Shown here one piece after another: positions 59,250-64,000 of a stretch of DNA of 64,000 nucleotides (its first letter is position 1; each line of letters starts with the position of its first letter). Below the pieces are notes generated by a model. The model did no database searches, was not told where the DNA came from, and saw only the letters and a list, made by a program, of their open reading frames with translations. Made by a program: the position numbers and the translations under genes. Source of the DNA: the human T2T-CHM13v2.0 reference genome, Homo sapiens. The stretch lies in the NCBI RefSeq assembly GCF_009914755.1, contig NC_060934.1, one strand, 5' to 3'.

Positions 59250-62200
59250 TTCTTATGCTATTTCTGCTATCTATATTGATAAAATGTTTTTGGTGAGTGT
59301 TTCATGGTGGAAATTTCAATTTTACAGTGGTCATTTGTAGTGCATGGGTGTTTGTTTTATTTTGCTTTAGTTTTGGTCACCAGTGCCCACACACCCATTT
59401 CCCCTTCAGGACAATGTCACCCCTATTTTCTTTCAGAGAATTACCTATTCCCCATTATGCAGGTAGGACTTGTCCTGGATGGACTGAGACAGAGAAGCTT
59501 GCCCTTCATTAATTACAGGGTAGACACACATGCAGGCTATCTTCTGTTTTCTCTTTTAGGTCCACCCTTGATTCCCCCTCTCCAGTCTTGATTGACCTGT
59601 AGGAACCAGGTCAAAGGGTAATCCTACTCTCTTTCTTCTCACTCTGTTCTCCCACTCTCCACCCCAGCTATTGGGTTTCCAAAGCTTTCTGAAAGATTCT
59701 TTAGCTTTCTATTCTCCGTGTTCCTTAACTAATTCCAATAAATTCCCTCTTGTGCTTAAGTTAGTTTCTCTCCCTGTAATTCAAGTAACACCCCAAAATT
59801 ACAAATTTTATGTCTCAAGAAATGGTCAAGACATGAGAACACATACATAACCATTTAGTTATGATTCTAGAGAGAAAATTAGAAGTGTTCTTTGGAAAGA
59901 GCGAATAAAAATATTGCCATCACTCCCTAGCTCAAAGAGGTTGAGGCATCATTAACTCAATGTGTTGTCATTAGACAACCTAGAGCCATAACTGTTTGCT
60001 GTGAAATGGCACATGGATTGGGAGAATGGTCAGATTTCAAAATAAGAGAAAAAAGTACACCACTGTTTTTATAACAATTTCCTAACTTAGAACATTTCCA
60101 AAACAAAGGTAGCTAAAAAGGAATATATGGGTGCCCAATTTGCATTTTCTTTTCTGTAGCAACAACAGATTAAATTCTCAAAAGGCAGAGCAGCTTAAGA
60201 TGGAACGAGTATGCTGTTTGAAGTCTGATTTTATCCAATATATTCAATACCTTCTGCTCTGAATGTTTATAGTGGTGCTATTATAAGCATGCAAATCTGC
60301 AGACTTATAATTTTGTAGATAGTACTGAGGCATGCTGTCTAATACACATCAAAATGAAATAATAAGTATTCCTATGACTTCATTTGGAAAAGGGCTTAAA
60401 TTTCATCCATGAAATTTTTCTACTCATTCTAGTTTTCTATGGCCAGCCTTTGCACATCATAAAGTGCTGTTTTTAACTAAGATGTTAAGGGTATGGTGAA
60501 AGATTTGCATTGATTCATATACGTTACTAATTTTCATGAAGGTCAGTTAGATTAGAGGTGCAATATAAGGTCACAGAGGCTCAATCTGGACCATAACCAA
60601 AGTCCCATACTTGTACTGTCTAACTTTGTCAGGATCCGACTTTCCCACCATAGGGAATATCAGAGTACCCAGAAAGACCAAGGAGGCACTGGCTAACCTA
60701 AAGGGTCTTACCTTTGCAAACGCCACTAGAAAAATCTGTTCACTAAAAATACTTTGGTAGTTAAAATATTATTGGAAACAGACTTTGCTTCTTTATAAAT
60801 TCAGTTGGTATTTTATATTATAAAGACAGAGAAGGAGAAAAGAGTGGGGGATGTCATTTGACTGTGCAGTTTGAGATTTTTTCAATAGCAAACATTGTTA
60901 ATCATTGTTGATACATCTAATATAAAGTATTAAGGACTTAATAATAGAATTCTTTATAATCACAATTTAGTCAACTCAATTTCTTTCTCAGAGTAGGACT
61001 AAATGATTACTGGAATGTTAAGTACTAAAAGAAAGAGTTAACTTGTTAAGACCTAAGATCAAGGCAATGACAAAAATTACTTTAAAATCTACAAATTCCT
61101 AGTTTATAGAGCCTTGGTTTATAAGATGAGAACTTGATATTGCCCAATGTCATTTTTATATTTAAGATAAGGAGAATTTTTATAGTAAAGAAGAGTAAGG
61201 GGCTCTTTTTACCCTATTTTTTGTTGGCTATTAAATATCACTTACAGGTTAAAATTTCATGTCAACAGAGATGCTGTCTTGAATATTAATATTTCTGTCC
61301 TGTTTTATGTGCTGCTTCCTAAATGGAGGTGACATCATTGTTTGTTACTCTTTATAACAGTTCCTACTGAAGAGTTGTTACCAGGAATTATCATTGAAAC
61401 TCCATTCCTCTGCAGGGTCATCTCATTACTTATTCCATCCACAGAACAATGCAGTTCAGAAGGCATATGAGGGCAGGTGTTCAGATGAAGGGGCAAATGC
61501 TTTGCTGTGCCATGTGTGGCTGGTAATTCCGAGCACAACTGTAAGTAACAGGGAATTTCACATGTTCTTCTGCCTTACTGCATCATAGGTGTGGAATGCG
61601 TATAAATTGAAATTAGAACTAATTAGGATTTTATTTCAACTGCAGTTTCTCCCAAACATTGCCGAGCCAGTTTAAAACCATGGCTACTCTAACCATTAAT
61701 AGTCAATAATGGATGTGATGTTTGAAAGGAGGAGGTTGATTAGGTTGATTTTTTCCTCCCTTGAGAAAATAATAAAAGAAATGAAAATGGATTAAAGAGT
61801 TTTCCCACTATCTCAGAGCCTAAAACTACCTAGCCACATTTCAGTAAAATATTATTGGGGTATTTTGAAAAACATCCGTTTAAAAGCATGATGCTTCTAT
61901 TGTAGTAAGCTGGTCTGTGTCTCTCTCAAAGTACCATACTTGTTGCTATTCAATTTTACATCATTCCTTTCTGGAAAAGCATTATTACTCCAAGAGAACT
62001 CTCCTAGGGAATCAGAATAATTGGCATAGATCATGTAACAGGGATCTAGAATTAATTTAGAGCAAATATACAAGAACCATGCAGTTGGAAGCACTGTGCA
62101 GTTCCTTTTCTTTGACTCTGACATTTGATGGCATCAGAGCTATCACTGCTATGTCGGTAGTAAGCAGGGGAGGAAGTCACTACAATTCTGTGAACCCATA

Positions 62201-63359
62201 AAACAGAGGAGACTCCCAATATCCAAAGATAATCATACTAGAAAATCCTGGTAAAATCAAGTGCATTTAAAATGGAGAGCAAAAGGCCATAGTAAATAAT
62301 TTTGTAAAGTTTGATTCAGACTTACTCTTAAAAGATAAAACTGGAAATTATAAAAATAGGCTTATATGATTTAATAAAATGTAAGTTATAACTGTATTCA
62401 TATATGTTCTCAGAATGAACAAAGACTAAACCAAGTGTTATTTTTCCCAACAAAATGATATATGTTGACATTCTTCACTTTTTAATTTTCATAGCATAAG
62501 CAAAAAAGACCATCTTTTGGAAGAAGTATTTGCCATCCAAAGATCTCACTTATTTTTTTGTCTTCATTTAATCTATGTATTTTCAAATCATTCTTATATG
62601 AAACCGCTAACAGGAAATCATCCTAACTTTTCACATGCTTCCTAGCCTAATACTGCCAGAGTGTGCCATGTACCCACAGCTCAGCTGTGCACCCAGAAGT
62701 TCTCCAATATCACTTTCCTTGACTTCAGGAAACTTAGTGTCTTTGTCAAAACTTGCAGTTTTGTTCTGCAATCAATTTGTTCAATATCCAACACCCCTGG
62801 GGAGACAATGACAAATAAGGATGGAAGTCAGCATTCGACTGGAAGGAATGTTTGAGTGGGAACCAGTTTTAAATGTGGTCATGTCCTTAGTGAATATTTT
62901 TGAATTATGATGATGTTTGCTTTCCTACATGACCTGTCTGTGGAGACTCAAATAATGAATACTTGAATAATGAGGACCTATATTTTTAAACATAATAAAG
63001 CAAAGTTAATTCTTTTAGATTCAAAGTCTATCAAATGATAAATGATAACCTATTGGTGTTCCTCTTAGAAATTCAATGAAAGACCATGTAAGATTTATAG
63101 GAGGACCTATGTTCATTACAAAGAATCTGAAAATTTTTATTAAACTTGAGGACTTTTAAAGTTCCTTCTGCCTGTTTTTAAAAAGATTGAACCTAAGCTA
63201 GCATCATAAAATAGTGTAAGACCCTGCATTACAGATACCCTTTAAACATTTGTGTCTATGACTAGTATCTTTTATAGATAGGCCGCTTTAAAAATCTCTC
63301 TCTCACACACATATATATTGCAAATGAAAATACATATGAATTTAAATAATCTGCAATAA

Positions 63360-63615
<256 letters not shown>

Positions 63616-63751
63616 GCCAAATATAACTTTTTAAATATAGTTCTTAAGTATTCTGTTCTTAGAGGATATGTGAACTAAGCAAGCACCTGACCCAAAGAAC
63701 ATTGTTTGTAAATGATAACAAAATGTCTGTGGCATGGAGTTGTAGGCTTAC

Positions 63752-63850
63752 CTGAGATTGTGCATTGACATTGGCTCCATTTGTAACCAAGACTTTTACC
63801 ACCTCTGCTTGCCCAGCCAAAGATGCGATGTGCAATGCTGTGTTTCCTTT
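63752..63850 (-). CDS. ANK3: ANK3 coding exon (exon 4), 99 nt, [33 protein letters not shown], one ankyrin repeat
   Basis: Acceptor ...tttcacag (plus-strand ct at 63851-52), donor CAG|GTAAGC (cttac 63747-51), phase 0/0. Contained in ORF 63659..63868. Confidence 0.97.
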
Positions 63851-64000
63851 CTGTGAAATGAAAGTCAAGATATATCAACTCATCGATCTTTTGAATTTTC
63901 CTGTTCTCCCCAAAGAGAACAAATTTGACAAATATCTTATGAGATATGTGCCCCCATTCTTACTGAGGGCTGAATCCTCACAGAACATGGCGAGTGGTTC

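Noticed and set aside
59290-59800. Possible old ERVL LTR (LTR33/41-like)
   Set aside because: Only the aataaattccctcttgtgcttaag end is suggestive; too diverged to call without an HMM search.

Overview
Primate (human-like) genomic DNA lying entirely inside the ankyrin-G gene ANK3, transcribed on the minus strand. Five constitutive phase-0 coding exons of the N-terminal ankyrin-repeat (membrane-binding) domain can be read directly with canonical AG/GT sites: 63752-63850, 55122-55220, 48827-49012, 46851-46949 and 19683-19781 (exons 4-8 in the usual numbering, recalled rather than verified). The ORF track misses a 24-nt in-frame microexon at 48118-48141 (MVVNRTTE, paralogous to the ANK2 insert MMVNRTTE). 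It has the layout of a neural SRRM4-type microexon: ACTAAC branch point, pyrimidine tract, UGC, weak donor, and downstream YCAY and UGCAUG motifs. The rest is intron with about 19 Alu/FLAM/FRAM copies, a decayed ~4 kb L1PA, many older L1M pieces, MER4/MER31/MST/THE1 solo LTRs, DNA-transposon relics, MIR/L2 and AT-rich satellites. Other points worth checking: a candidate Alu-derived poison exon, an 80-bp perfect AT-rich palindrome with mutually inverted minisatellites, a tiny young L1 insertion with a perfect 15-bp TSD, a fold-back duplication inside an Alu, inverted Alus bracketing frame-neutral exons, and a strong sense-orientation bias of L1 fragments. No prokaryote-type system, CRISPR array or RNA gene is supported. 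Repeat subfamily names come from recalled consensus sequences and repeat boundaries are approximate.
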